A DNA stretch of 64,000 nucleotides from Chara braunii (GCA_003427395.1 BFEA01000012.1:3829559-3893558); one strand, 5' to 3'. Positions 24,066-36,223 are shown, counted from the first letter of the stretch. The notes: generated from the sequence alone by a model not told the origin. A program made the numbers and translations.

Positions 24066-25563
24066 TTACTGTTTGGACAAGATCTCCACTTGGCCGTACC
24101 GAGGTCCAACCTCTTGTTCGGGTTCGTTCCACGGAATCACCTCCTCACTCTTCGNAANTTTCTCAGGNCGGTGCAATCGTGTCAGTCCGTCNGCATTCCC
24201 GTGTCTCTCGTGCTTCCGATGACGAATATCAAAGTCCATGCTCTGTAGCACCGTTGCCCATCGCCCGATCATGCCAGAGTAATCCTTCGATTTCTTCAGA
24301 GCCAACAGGGACTCATGATCGATTACCAAGGTGAACTTCCGCCCGTACAGGTAAGTGCGAAAGTGACTGATTCCACAGAGAGCCGCATAGCATTCTCCCA
24401 TCGGAGCGGCGTAGTTGCGCTTGCAGGCGGGCACCGATTTGGACGCATACTCCACCACGCTCTCGAGTCCACTTGGTCCCACTTGGGCAAGGATAGCCGA
24501 AATTGCCTCTGGCTGCCAGTCAGTGATGAGAACAGAAGGTTTTTCGGGATCCGGTCTTATAAGGACCAGAGCCGAAATGAGAGCGGCCTTGACTTTCGAA
24601 AACGCTTTATCACACTCCGCCGTCCAGATAAACGGCTGATCTTTGCGCAGCAGATTCGTGACGGGTCCCGCGATCGCTGCGAATCCCTTGATAAATCTTC
24701 GGTAGTACGAGGCCAGGCCCAAAAAGGAGCGAAGTTGCATGATAGTCGTAGGCACCGGCGCATCTCTGACGGCTGCCACCTTCTGCGGCTCCGGTTGGAG
24801 CCCTCTGTCTGTTACCACGTGTCCCAGGAAGGAAATGGTGGTAAGAAAAAACTGACACTTCTCAAGCGCCACCTTGAAACCCGCATCTCGTAACGCACGC
24901 AGAGCCCACTCGATGTGTTGTACGTGTCCCTCGTAGGAACTCGAGTACACCAGGATGTCGTCCATGTACACAATCACACAATAGTTGATGATGCTCTGCG
25001 CCAAACGAGTCTTCCGTGCGAAATCCTGAAAAGCCATATTCATGGCTCTCTGAAAGGTCGCGGGAGCGTTGCAGATACCCATCGGAGATCGGACCCACTG
25101 CCACGTACCCTCGAAAAGCACAAACGCCATTTTCGAACGATCTTCCTCTCGGAAAAGAAGATCATGGAACCCATGGCGGACATCAAACTTACTGAAAAAT
25201 CGAGCACTCCCAATCGCATCCAACAACTCATCAATCCNGGGGAGGGGGTACACATCCTTGATCGTGATATCATTCAATTTTCGATAATCAATACAAATGN
25301 GAATCCCTCCGGCCTTTTTAGGCACGATTACTACANGAAAGGACCATGGACCTATAGNAGGTTCGATCCATCCATTAGCTTCGAATTCCTTAATCCGCTG
25401 AAAAGCGGCCGCTCTTTGAGTTGNCGAGTATCGGTAAGGAGCGCTGCTAATGGGCGGATGTTCTCCCGTGAGGATGGCATGCTCGATCACGTTAGTCAAG
25501 CCGATATCATTATCATGCACGCTCAACACCTCTGCATAACCGTTCAAGACATCGATTAGTGAT
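24066..25563 (-). pseudogene. Gypsy RT and RNase H
   Basis: ICIDYRKLN, FSKFDVRHGFH, PMGICNAPATFQR, YMDDILVYS, FLGHVV, FLGLASYYRRFI, LITDWQ, RHRKHERHGN.DGLTR. Confidence 0.95.
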
Positions 25564-26299
25564 TTTNNNNNNNNNNNNNNNNNNNNNNNNNNNNNNNNNN
25601 NNNNNNNNNNNNNNNNNNNNNNNNNNNNNNNNNNNNNNNNNNNNNNNNNNNNNNNNNNNNNNNNNNNNNNNNNNNNNNNNNNNNNNNNNNNNNNNNNNNN
25701 NNNNNNNNNNNNNNNNNNNNNNNNNNNNNNNNNNNNNNNNNNNNNNNNNNNNNNNNNNNNNNNNNNNNNNNNNNNNNNNNNNNNNNNNNNNNNNNNNNNN
25801 NNNNNNNNNNNNNNNNNNNNNNNNNNNNNNNNNNNNNNNNNNNNNNNNNNNNNNNNNNNNNNNNNNNNNNNNNNNNNNNNNNNNNNNNNNNNNNNNNNNN
25901 NNNNNNNNNNNNNNNNNNNNNNNNNNNNNNNNNNNNNNNNNCGAGGGGGTTCCAAATCATCAGCCAGGTCAGACACTTGTAATATGGGTTCCCCGAGGAG
26001 GACTGAAGGACTGACCTGGGCTTTCGGAGGCGCAAGCATGCTGTCTCCTGAATCCACGTGGAAGCTTCGGGCTGTGTCGGGGCACACTTGAAATTCTTCG
26101 GGAATTTTGTGTTCGAAAAGCTCGACCAGGTGCTTCCATTCATCCTCACTAGGCAGTTCTTTTTCGTATTCCTGCTCCCTGATTCCGTTGCCTATGTCCG
26201 AGGAGGAATATTCCTCGGGATCAATTCCTCGAATCATCCCTATTTGAGCCGAGTTAGAAGTTCGTTTTATCGTTCTGGTAGAAATTCCCAAAGAAACAG

Positions 26300-27600
26300 T
26301 TTGAGGTTTTCCCCCAGTTTGCGTGAGCACCAGTTGCTTGGAATCAAAATACAAACGTGCGCCCACCGCCATCGCCCAAGGTAACCCTAACAACACAGAA
26401 TAGGAACGCACATCTATCACGAGCGCGTTAACGAGGACGTGTACTTGCCTGACTTTCAAAGCCACATTCTCAATAACGCCCACGATAATCATTGCTTCCT
26501 CGTCGGCAGAGACATAATTGTCTTTGCCAGATTGAGGAAGAATGGATGCGAGTCGTCCCGCAGAGATGAGCATTTTGTTTTTTAATTGGCACTTCATCCA
26601 ACCCGCTCACATTTGTTTAAGTACAGCCCGCCCTAAAAAATAAATAAATAAATAAATTTCATGGTGACCCAACCCGCCCAAGTGTTTTTTTGAAATTTTC
26701 CTCCCACACCCAACCCGCCCGTCACCCGTAAAAAACTTTCACCCTGACCCACCCAGACCCGCGAGAACAAAATTACCCGCCCGCACCCGGCACCTAATTA
26801 TTTTGAACCCACACCCGCCCGTACCCCATTGTCTCAATCCTTTCGAACATTTGCACGTACCACAGCAACATCCTTGGATGACGGCGCAAAAATTCGAAGC
26901 ATATCCACTTCCGGCTGTCTTTGGATGATGGCGCGAAAATTTGAAGCGCTCCACAAGTTTGAAATTGGTGACCGAACCTTGCCACTTGCTATGGTTAGGT
27001 TCAATTCCCGTTCTTTTAATGGGAGCAAACATCCCGTTATCTGGGCTGTGGTCCAGCTACCACCGGTAGAGAGTGACACATTAACTTTTTTTTTTTTCCA
27101 GGGGTCCAGGGTGGAGACTTTTGGTTTCCTGGGCGACCAACTTTTGAAGTCCAAAGTTGGACCGCAAATGGGAAATATGTATGAGTGGGGTGGGGGCAGG
27201 GGGGTGGGCTCAGGGGGAAGGGTTCTTATGGGTTGTCTTGGGTCTGTGGGTCGGGTGACCCAGGTCTAGCACTCACCCACCTGTCACCCACCCATTCGGG
27301 TGACCCAAGCCTAACATTGACCCGCCCGTCACCCACCCACGTTGGCTCACCTAGACCCACCCTCATCCCACCCATGCCAGCGTATCAAAACCCACACCTG
27401 ATCCAATGCCTCGTGGGTGGGGTGGGTGCGGGTGGGTGTGGGTTTGGGTACCCGTTGCTCATCTCTGTTGTCCCGTCTTCCTGACAGCATCTAATGAGAT
27501 AGCTATTGCAGAAGACCCTATGTCGATAAGGGCGTTAAACGGTTTGCCCCAAACTTCACAATCACATTCCGCACTTTTCCACAGTACCGGCCGAGCTCGT
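26300..27600 (-). pseudogene. Gypsy aspartic protease split by a hAT MITE
   Basis: ALIDIGSSAIAIS before the insertion and VLLGLPW after it. Confidence 0.85.
26561..27467. mobile_element. Non-autonomous hAT-type element (MITE)
   Basis: 12-bp TIR CAGAGATGAGCA/TGCTCATCTCTG, 8-bp TSD TCGTCCCG/TTGTCCCG, many ACCCG/ACCCAC subterminal repeats. Confidence 0.88.
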
Positions 27601-28262
27601 ACGAAGTGATCCTTTTCTGCTAAAGAGATTGCTGCTACACGTGCGGCTTCGGGTTCGCAGGCTTTGGGTTCGGGCGGTGCAACATCCTCTCTTTCCTCCT
27701 CCTTCTTCTTTAACATTCGTTGGATGCGCTGGGACGTGAAGCGCTTTTTATTTTTCTAACAATGTTGCAAAAGTTTATCATTTGCCGCTTCGGATATGGT
27801 GAGCAGATGTCCCACCGGGATCGGAACACGGATATCCAATTGCTTGAGTGCTCGTAACANTTGCAAAAGTTTATCATTTGCCGCTTCGGATATGGTGAGC
27901 AGATGTCCCACCGGGATCGGAACACGGATATCCAATTGCTTGAGTGCTCGTAACACATCAATTTCTCCCGTTCGAAACTGCGGACCTGGATTGGACTCGC
28001 AATCGACCCATTCGAGATCATCAGGGGCCGATCGGATCGCTCCGACCATTCCTGCAAGATGAATATACTCGAGTGGATCGACCACGTCAGCAGCGTCAGC
28101 GGAATAAGCTCCTGACGTCGGCGCCGTTGAGGTCGAGGGGGAAAGTTGTTCTGGGGCATATGCTACGAGTTCCCCTCCTTGGGCCGTATCCATCAATGCG
28201 GCCACTCGTCCTTGATTCAGGGCCACAGGGGCCGCAGCCGGCGGGGGTTGATTACGTGTTGG

Positions 28263-29315
28263 CTACGGACAGTCCCGGGCAAAATGACCGGGCTGTTTGC
28301 AGTTAAAACATTCGATCTTTCCTGCTGGATTAGCCGGGTGAGGGAACTGTGGTGGATAGCCAGGAGCGGGCGGGGCGGGTAAGAGAGGAAATGGCGCGGG
28401 GGCAGGTCGAGCAGGGGCTGGGTTGGGCTTTATACTCATTATTTGTTCCATCCGCTCCATGTGAGCTGCCTGCATTTGAATCAAATTGCTCAACCATTCG
28501 GATTGCTTGGTAGTGGCCGTATGGATCATTTGGGCAAGATGTAAGTTGGTTACGGTAGGCGAGGGGGGTTTGTGAATGATTCCGCTCCTAACTGTCGCTA
28601 TCGGTTGATTCGTTGGGGGAGAGGAAGAGGGAACAGGCGGGATATCAGAAGTGGCCCCGTCGGGAAGGTCATGGTTGGGACGGGGATAAAATCTTTCTAC
28701 CGCCCGCAGCCACGATCGTCGTTTAGGCGTTACATCCTGTATGGTGTCTGTAATATCTTCATCTCCCTGACTGATGTATTTTTTTGTATCAGCCAGGTCC
28801 AGTTCCAACGCTTTAGTGATGATAGCAGATAGCTGGTGTGTCTTCGGCGGAACCTTTTTCTGTAACTTCCCTTTCAACGTCGAACTTTGTAGGTGGTAGA
28901 TGAACAAATCTCAAGCGGATTTCTCATCTCGCCCAGATTTGTCCAACATGGTTTGAAATCGATCCACGAAATCGGGCAGCAATTCCCCTGGTCTTTGTGG
29001 TCGAGTTTTGAGTACGTACCAGGCAGCATCTTCACTGACCATATCGAATCGAGCCAAGAATGCTTGTTTGAAAGTATTCCAATCTACCCACGTGTGCTTT
29101 CTAAACCAGTCATGTGACGTATTACGGAGTAGCAAGGTAAGAACGCGGGGGAGATCACCCGCACTGTAAACTTGAGCTTCAACGGCTTCCAGCCAAGCTT
29201 CGGGATGGGTATGATTAGGGACGAAGGGGAAAGGGGCAGAAATGCTAACCACTACCCTATTACCGTCCTCCATTGGTATGGCTGGTATAGCAGCACCAGA
29301 TATAGATCTGGTCAC
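28263..29315 (-). pseudogene. Gypsy gag with CCHC zinc knuckle
   Basis: W..FKQAFLARF..Q.PGE.L.DFVDRF capsid-like segment and CFNCKQPGHFARDC. Confidence 0.88.
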
Positions 29316-29400
29316 TGGGCGATCTCCGCGAGCGGGTGGGGGACTTCTTCTTCAACCTCTCGCCAGTTCGACTTACTATCATTAGAACCGACACGTGTCG

Positions 29401-29412
29401 GCTCCGATACCA
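29401..29412 (-). promoter_or_regulatory. Primer-binding site (initiator tRNA-Met)
   Basis: Minus strand TGGTATCGGAGC against the canonical TGGTATCAGAGC, adjacent to the 5' LTR. Confidence 0.88.
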
Positions 29413-29649
29413 ACCTCACGCCCTGTGCTGTCTTTCGTTCGGAGTGTTAGATGTGAGGAAAGAGGCCGAGAAAAACAGCAAGATGGGGTGTGCCAAGGAT
29501 TTTTTGAAATTGAGTATCGGGACACAGACGGAACTGAAATCCCCCGTGTTGGTCCGATGAAGTAAGTCGGTTGCTTTTGNGCGTCGCGGAATGTGCGCGC
29601 GGGCACGGCGCGAAAAGAGAAAAATCCAAATTCAATCCAAAAAATATTG

Positions 29650-30171
29650 TCAAGCTTCCCACCGTGTTGCGGCCCGTCGTTTAGAGCGGAAGGGCTTTGG
29701 CACGCTTCGCGTGTCTCGTTTTCGTATCAAATCCCGTCGTTGCTCGCTGGTCAATTCTGAGTCTGATGTGGAGGGTCTCAGCCGCGTGGCTCTTTCCTTA
29801 TGCTCGTCTTCACTCCGTATTCGGTAGTGGAAACCCTTTGCTTCGTAGCGATCGAAACGCTGGCACTTTGTGCACAGGGTTCGAGGCCAATGGGGCGCCA
29901 CTGTCGTCCATAGAATGACGATCAGCTCGTTAAAGGGGAGCAATATTGAGTAGGGTGGAAAGTGCGTGTCGATAATAACAAACCCAACCTCTAAAAACCC
30001 TGAGCAACGATTTGACGGGGGGAAGTAGTATCGTCCGCCGATCTGTGCGACAGCTTCTCGTACGTCCCACTCACATACACGTGTCCTTTCCTCGTTGTAA
30101 GGAAAAGGTCGTGTTGATACGGGAGGTATGGGAGGCTGACGCCCGATCGAAGGGTGCTTGTCAGTCCACAT
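29650..30171 (-). CDS. LTR-encoded hypothetical protein (5' LTR copy)
   Basis: Same protein as 17481-18002; lies between the TATA box and the PBS. Confidence 0.6.
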   Translation of the reverse strand: MWTDKHPSIGRQPPIPPVSTRPFPYNEERTRVCEWDVREAVAQIGGRYYFPPSNRCSGFLEVGFVIIDTHFPPYSILLPFNELIVILWTTVAPHWPRTLCTKCQRFDRYEAKGFHYRIRSEDEHKERATRLRPSTSDSELTSEQRRDLIRKRDTRSVPKPFRSKRRAATRWEA

Positions 30172-30643
30172 GTCAATCAATTGCAAAAGCTCCGAGACGT
30201 CATCAAGGAAGAGTAGGAAACACTCGCGCAACCACCAATCAGTCCTTTTCAATTACGAAAGAGAGAGAGAAAACACCCATCAACTGGATCATGTGCAAAT
30301 GTCGTGCAGTATAAGGCAGATGGCATGCGCAGCGNACTCAGAATTACAGATCTAAACACTCTTGCATTCTCGGACAAAATCCCGACAACAATCGTCTAAT
30401 CAACTCCAAAAAAAAGACACATACCTCCATCCATACATTCACTGTGGAAGGTGCGAAAATGAGATATGCGCAAAGATAAAAGATGGATCGCTGAATAATA
30501 CACACGCATCCACCGTTCACAAGACAAGAAGGCGGGGTTCCTACATAGGGGGACTACCCAAGAAACTAATGGAAGAGTTCNNNNNNNNNNNNNNNNNNNN
30601 NNNNNNNNNNNNNNNNNNNNNNNNNNNNNNNNNNNNNNNNNNN

Positions 30644-30707
<64 letters not shown>

Positions 30708-31147
30708 TTTATCATTCAAAGATAGAGGAGGGAAAGGAAAATAGAAGGGGACAAGATCCAAAAAGGGGATGTTCGGCGTTGCCGCCGCACACTCACACCG
30801 GAGATAAGGATCCGGCAACAACAAAGGCGCATTCGTCGTTAATTTCAATCATGGCCCCAGGCCAATCACTCACTCGACTCCAATCATCGATCCTCATACC
30901 CGCACCGACGATCTCAACCGTCGCGTGCTAACTCCCACTACTGCGATCGTCACCCCGCCGACGTAAACTCGGCGCAGTTCGGCCCGATCCCACAGTCCGT
31001 CATGGCGATCAAGCGTGCAACCGGCCAGGCTATCGTCAGCCCGACAGGACTTTCCGACTCGCACCAAACACTCTACCTAGCCACTGCTTCCCGGAAGCTG
31101 GCTTGAGAGCCGAGAACGTAAGAGAGATTTGCGGGCACGCTTGCGGA

Positions 31148-31154
31148 ATTTATA
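31148..31154 (-). promoter_or_regulatory. Putative LTR TATA box (TATAAAT)
   Basis: Same motif and context at 19058-19064, 13767-13773 and 53747-53753. Confidence 0.6.
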
Positions 31155-32069
31155 GCAGCGAGGAGGGAGCCAAAGGAGGGAGAATGCAGAGTGAAAGTCG
31201 AAGTGTAAGAGGAGAAGCAGGAGGAGAAGACTTTGAGAGGAGCGCTTCGCGGAAGCCATGTTGATGCTTCGAAACTCAAGACTAACCAATCAGACTCGTC
31301 GTGCAATAGGCAGATCCTACCGTATCCCGCGTCTGATTGGTGGGCGAAAGTAATCGAAGGATCGACCGGACTTCACGAGCTTTGGTCGGAGAGAAGAAAA
31401 AGCGCGAGAAATAGCGCAAGACGGGTCCAAGATTCAGATGATCAAGAAAGGGGAAATGGGCGCGCAAAGAACTGAGCGGGAGAGAGAAAGGGAGGGAGAA
31501 AAACAGTTACGGGGAGAGAGGAGGAGGAGGGGGAAGGAAAAAGGAGCGAGGGAGAGAGCGATGCGGGGGACAGAGAGGAGAAAGCTTTTGCATGCGTGGC
31601 GCCGTCAACAAAAAACAAAAGAAAAAGGCACCGAAACAGTTACAGCTCGCCTACGTCCTAAACCAATTCAAAATGGAAATCACCATATCCGCGCGCGAAA
31701 GAGCAACGCGGGAAAAGAAAGTCCTACGCCTATTCGTATCCTTGCAAACTTCCGAGAGTTTTCCCTGACGCGACCGAGAACATTCACACACAAAAAGGAC
31801 ACGTCGAAGTTCCGCTTCTCCCGGAAATCCCAACTGTCGGACCCAATTCCCAGTGCGCTCGCTAAGGCGCACGTAAATTCCCAAGTATTTCCCAAATTGC
31901 AAAAGGAAAAGCCGAACCCGGGAATCGTAAAGGCTTCCGAAAGATGGGGGCCAAAAATGCGGCACCCGAAATCAAGAAAACGAAACGGGGGTTTTTATGG
32001 GTTGATATGATACAAAAAGGAGGGGTACGAAAGATGGCACGGGTTCTGGAAGTAGTTCGTCACAGGCAA

Positions 32070-33600
32070 GGCCATGATTTTGTAAATCTTCGTAAGACTC
32101 CTCCTAGGCAACGACATCCCCTCGGGCCCACGCGCCTGCATTCAAATAAGCAACCTGGCCCTGGACTCAGCCACCCCCAAAAAGGGTGCACCTCTTCCAA
32201 TGGGTGACCAATAGTGACTAGTCTATTCCCTCCGCCCCACAAAACGGACAGACAGTCCAGTGCAATCCACCAAGCTCAACATTTCCCTGGACCCCTTTGG
32301 CCAAACATGCTCAACCTGTGGAGGCGGCAGGGACCGAAACAAAAAAACAACAGATGGAATGATATATGGCAGCAACCCCTGTTTGAGGAACCCCAACATT
32401 TTGAATGCAAATGGCCACCCCTTCTCGCTGGCGACAAACTCGCCCTGGCTCGCCTGGGTCAAAAAGGTGGGAGTGGTCCACCGCCACACAGTTGCAGCAA
32501 AAGCTGAAGCATGCCAAGAACGAGACTATACCCATCGCCTGGCGTCTAGCTCTCCGAAAAGGTCCGACCGTTCAACCGGACGATTGAGTAGTTAAATAAG
32601 CAGACCTGCCCCTTCAGAATGTAATTTACAGAGTGCTAACTATGGTAGGGGAATATGCACGTCAGAGGCCTATGAGCCTCAATGACCGGGTGCGAGGCTA
32701 AAAAAATTGGAGCGGAACGAGGACCTCGACAGCACAGCCACGTGGAGTGGGTTGATGCAGATAAGGGTAGTGGAGGACTTCGATGACGGACAGTATGTAC
32801 TGTGTATTCAAGTCTGCAACCCCAATCACAAGCCTCTCCTTTGACCCAGGGGAATGGGAATGGCCGGGAGCAAAACTCATGCACATGTGGAACTACACTG
32901 TCAAAGGCGAGTATCAAATTTCGCGGCCGAACGTACCGGTTAAGCAGACACTGTCCGATAGATGGGCAAGAGACTCACCAATGGACCCCAAACTTCTGGA
33001 GAATTTGATCTGGTCTGCATACTCCAAACTTACCTCAAAGCCCTGCAGTGGCTGATCCTGCACCGCTGCCTTCCCACCCCTGACTGGCTGGTGTGCAGAA
33101 CTGACCTAGAGCAAAAGGGGCTGCACTCACAGCCAGCCCGTGCAACGATGGAACATTGTCTACTAGCATACCCAATGGTCATCCAGGTAATATGGCAGTG
33201 GTGGGATGCTGCCTTTCACTCGTTGAGAGGGTTCCACATCCCCTAGGACCTGCGCCTCCTGCTGCTTGGCAAAAACCGGCATCTGATGTCGCAATGGTTG
33301 CCGTATCTGTTCTCCTATATGCGGCTACACCTCGTTATGCTGGCCTGGAGAACCAGATGCTCCTTCGAAAGGAGGGAGTACCAGTTCAGCCTACAGCAAG
33401 TTCAGCAGGCAATCCGGGACGGCATTAGATCCCACACACATGCAGCTTGGAAAGCCATGAGACAGGATTGCCATGAGGAAAAGGACCCTCAGGCAGGTGC
33501 AGCCATTCAGGCCTCCTACCGTGAGATTTGGCTGGACCCCCGCCAAATCTTCAGCGACCTGGACACCAACCTCAACATACAATGGAAGCCCCACCTTTTT
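32070..33600 (+). pseudogene. LINE ORF2 C-terminus (zf-RVT-like)
   Basis: LQWLILHRCLPTPDW..ATMEHCLL..W.WW; homologous to 46606-48473. Confidence 0.8.
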
Positions 33601-34613
33601 TTTGCGGTTTCCTATTTCCAAGCTAACTTCATTTTCATCTCAGATTGTAAGCGCGAACCCCAGCCACAAGCCCACAGCCCCCAGACATACCCCTCTCATG
33701 AGCCACCCCCTTCCCCCCCACCATCCCCTTACTTTAAAATGGCTCATCCCCCCCCCCACTCCCACCCCCTATCATAATCCCCCTGGATCCCGCCCAGAAG
33801 GAAGGAAAGCAGCCAACAGAGGTCACATGGGGGACAGACGACAACACTGGCCACAATCTCTCCGGAACTTCACATCAGGGAGAAGGTATGGAGGACAATG
33901 CTGGGCGCTGTCTCTCCAAAACTTCTCATCAGGCAGAAGGCGGCAACAGTTTCGGCTTGAAGTCTGAGGTCTCATGAAAGACTCACCGCTGGGAGGAATA
34001 GCAGAGGAACGCACTGGAGAAGCAGAAGACATCCTGATGCTCCACTGGCAACCCAGGCAAAGAATACAGTAGCAACGACTGAGGCTAGCGAATGGGCAGC
34101 ATTGCGACCACCTACCTTCCACATGAAGCAGTGCTTAAGGACTTTTGAAGGAACTACGCACTCATGCGCAGTCTGACGGCCCTAAGGCGGCCTACCAGCC
34201 TTCATCTATAGCAGACAGGGTACTGAGGGTTGAGCAGCATATCTCAAGTTCTGACCTTGCTACAGTGCCAGGGTAATTGTCGCATGGCCGAAGACAATCA
34301 GATGGGCATGGCTCAGAATCCAAGAACCGGCCAACGAGAATGAGCAAAATACAATGCAGCGGAACACTGATACACATAGATCTGCCTCAAACGACTCAGA
34401 GTGACTGCAACTCACTCATTATCACCAACAGGGTGAGAAGGCATGGCACTGAAAACATAGACGAAGAGCCCCATGCCATCCACGGATGAGGAGGAGGAAG
34501 AAGAGTCGAAGCGGGAGAGATATGGAGATGTCATGAACTCAAATGTCACCCATATAAGTTTCAAAAAATAGTCTCCCAATGTCCCTGTCCAGATATCGGT
34601 CTCACCAAGTCTC

Positions 34614-34614
<1 letters not shown>

Positions 34615-34682
<68 letters not shown>

Positions 34683-34683
34683 N

Positions 34684-34778
<95 letters not shown>

Positions 34779-34838
34779 AGAAGAAGAAGAAGAAGAAGAA
34801 GAAGAAGAAGAAGAAGAAGAAGAAGAAGAAGAAGAAGA
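34615..34838. repeat. Compound microsatellite (CT)n(CA)n(AAG)n
   Basis: Seen directly. Confidence 0.97.
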
Positions 34839-35577
34839 GGGAGAAGAAGAGGGAGGGAGGAGGGAGAGAGATGATGGAGCTGGAGGGAGACGAAGAAGAA
34901 GAATCCTCTCGAAGTCTCTTGGAGGTGGAGCCAGATACTGACCAGCGCAAAGGTGTCTTCTTGGAGCTGTGATGCAGGTGGAAGACGCCCGAAGACCAAC
35001 AGGAGCTATGGCGCCAGGTAAGTCTGCAGGTGAGTCTCTCATAGTCTGGCCTCGCGCCTCAACCTCCTACTCCACAACTCTGCCTCTCTCCACTACCGCA
35101 GCAGTGCTGGCCAGCAGCATGTAGACCTCAACCTCTAACTCTGCGTGCCACAAATGAGGCTGCCCCAGCTATATATACCACTGTGCCTTCTGCTTTGTGG
35201 CCAGAACTGGCGCCCAAATTCAAAGTGAGTAACCTGAAAACTGGCGCCCAAACTGGAAAGTGAGCATCCTGGGAACTGGCACCCAGGGCTCCTCACTACA
35301 GGACAAAGTGAGAAACTGCAGTCTGGCGCCCAAACTGAAAGTGAGCATCCTGGATATGAACCTGGCCTACCCGTTGGCCTGCTGGGCCTGTATCGGCCTC
35401 GTAATGCTGATAGCTACACTCAAGAGTACAGCTATGGCTGATTGTATCAGTGTCAAGGGACCTTGGACACGTTTTCCAGCCGGTGCAGCTCCCCACCAAT
35501 GGAACGGAGCCATCATGATGCCGCATGGGAGGGGTGACTGCCTTTATCAGCACCCCCACCACCATGGTGCTGATAAG

Positions 35578-35611
<34 letters not shown>

Positions 35612-35747
35612 GATCTCCACGCAACACCAGGAGTGCTACTGCTCAAAACACCCTAGATGCCCCCATCCCTTCCATGTTTTCCAAAAGAGCAGCCTGTGGG
35701 AATGACACCCACAGCAGACACTCTCTGAGCCTCCTCGCAAAGATACC

Positions 35748-36075
35748 GTGGCCACCCACATACATTCCTTACATCAACGAAACAGCCCATGCTCCGCCTA
35801 AGCAGGGCAAAGAATTAGGCCATGTATCTGTATGTTACTATGTGTATTCCCAAAAGAAAAAAAACTTGTGGCCACCCACAGACATTCCTTCGTCAACGAA
35901 ACAGCCCATGCTCCACCTGAGCAGGGCAAAGAATTAGGCCATGCATGTGTATGTTGCTATGTGTATTCCCAAAACAAAACTTGTGGCCACCCACAGACAT
36001 TCCTTCATCCACGAAACAGCCGATGCTCCACCTAAGAAGGGAAAAGAATTAGGCCATGCATGTGTGTATGTCACC
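35748..36075. repeat. Three ~118-bp tandem repeat units
   Basis: GTGGCCACCCACA.ACATTCCTT...ACGAAACAGCC...AAAGAATTAGGCCATG occurs three times. Confidence 0.85.
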
Positions 36076-36223
36076 ACTATGTGCCAGCCTGTTTCAGCGG
36101 ATTTCACCGGCTCATCAGGAGGTTGAACCTGGACAGACAGTCTGCCCAGGATGCATTTGACTAATGAAGGGATAAGGACTCACCGCGTCGCCCAGAGTTA
36201 GCCATACCCCAACTCTGCAATCC

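Larger units (their letters stand above)
17233..32064 (-). mobile_element. Full-length Ty3/Gypsy LTR retrotransposon with accessory ORFs
   Basis: TGTGACG...CGTCACA termini, 5-bp TSD GGCAA (17228-17232, 32065-32069), two ~2.7 kb LTRs, PBS, and gag-PR-RT-RH-IN order. Confidence 0.95.
29413..32064 (-). repeat. 5' LTR
   Basis: Direct repeat of the 17243-19901 region; outer end CGTCACA followed by the TSD. Confidence 0.93.
7300..33780 (+). mobile_element. Degenerate L1/Tx1-like LINE interrupted by two LTR insertions (ends approximate)
   Basis: Collinear order: Q/A-rich ORF1-like region (7700-10800), APE (11552 onward, resuming 14766), RT (15990-17232), C-terminus with zf-RVT-like region (32070-33600). 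The reading frame continues across the Gypsy TSD (GLGIL...IFVRLLLGNDIP). Confidence 0.8.

Noticed and set aside
27765-27956. ~96-bp perfect tandem duplication in the gag-PR linker
   Set aside because: The copies are separated by a single N, typical of a contig-overlap assembly artefact.
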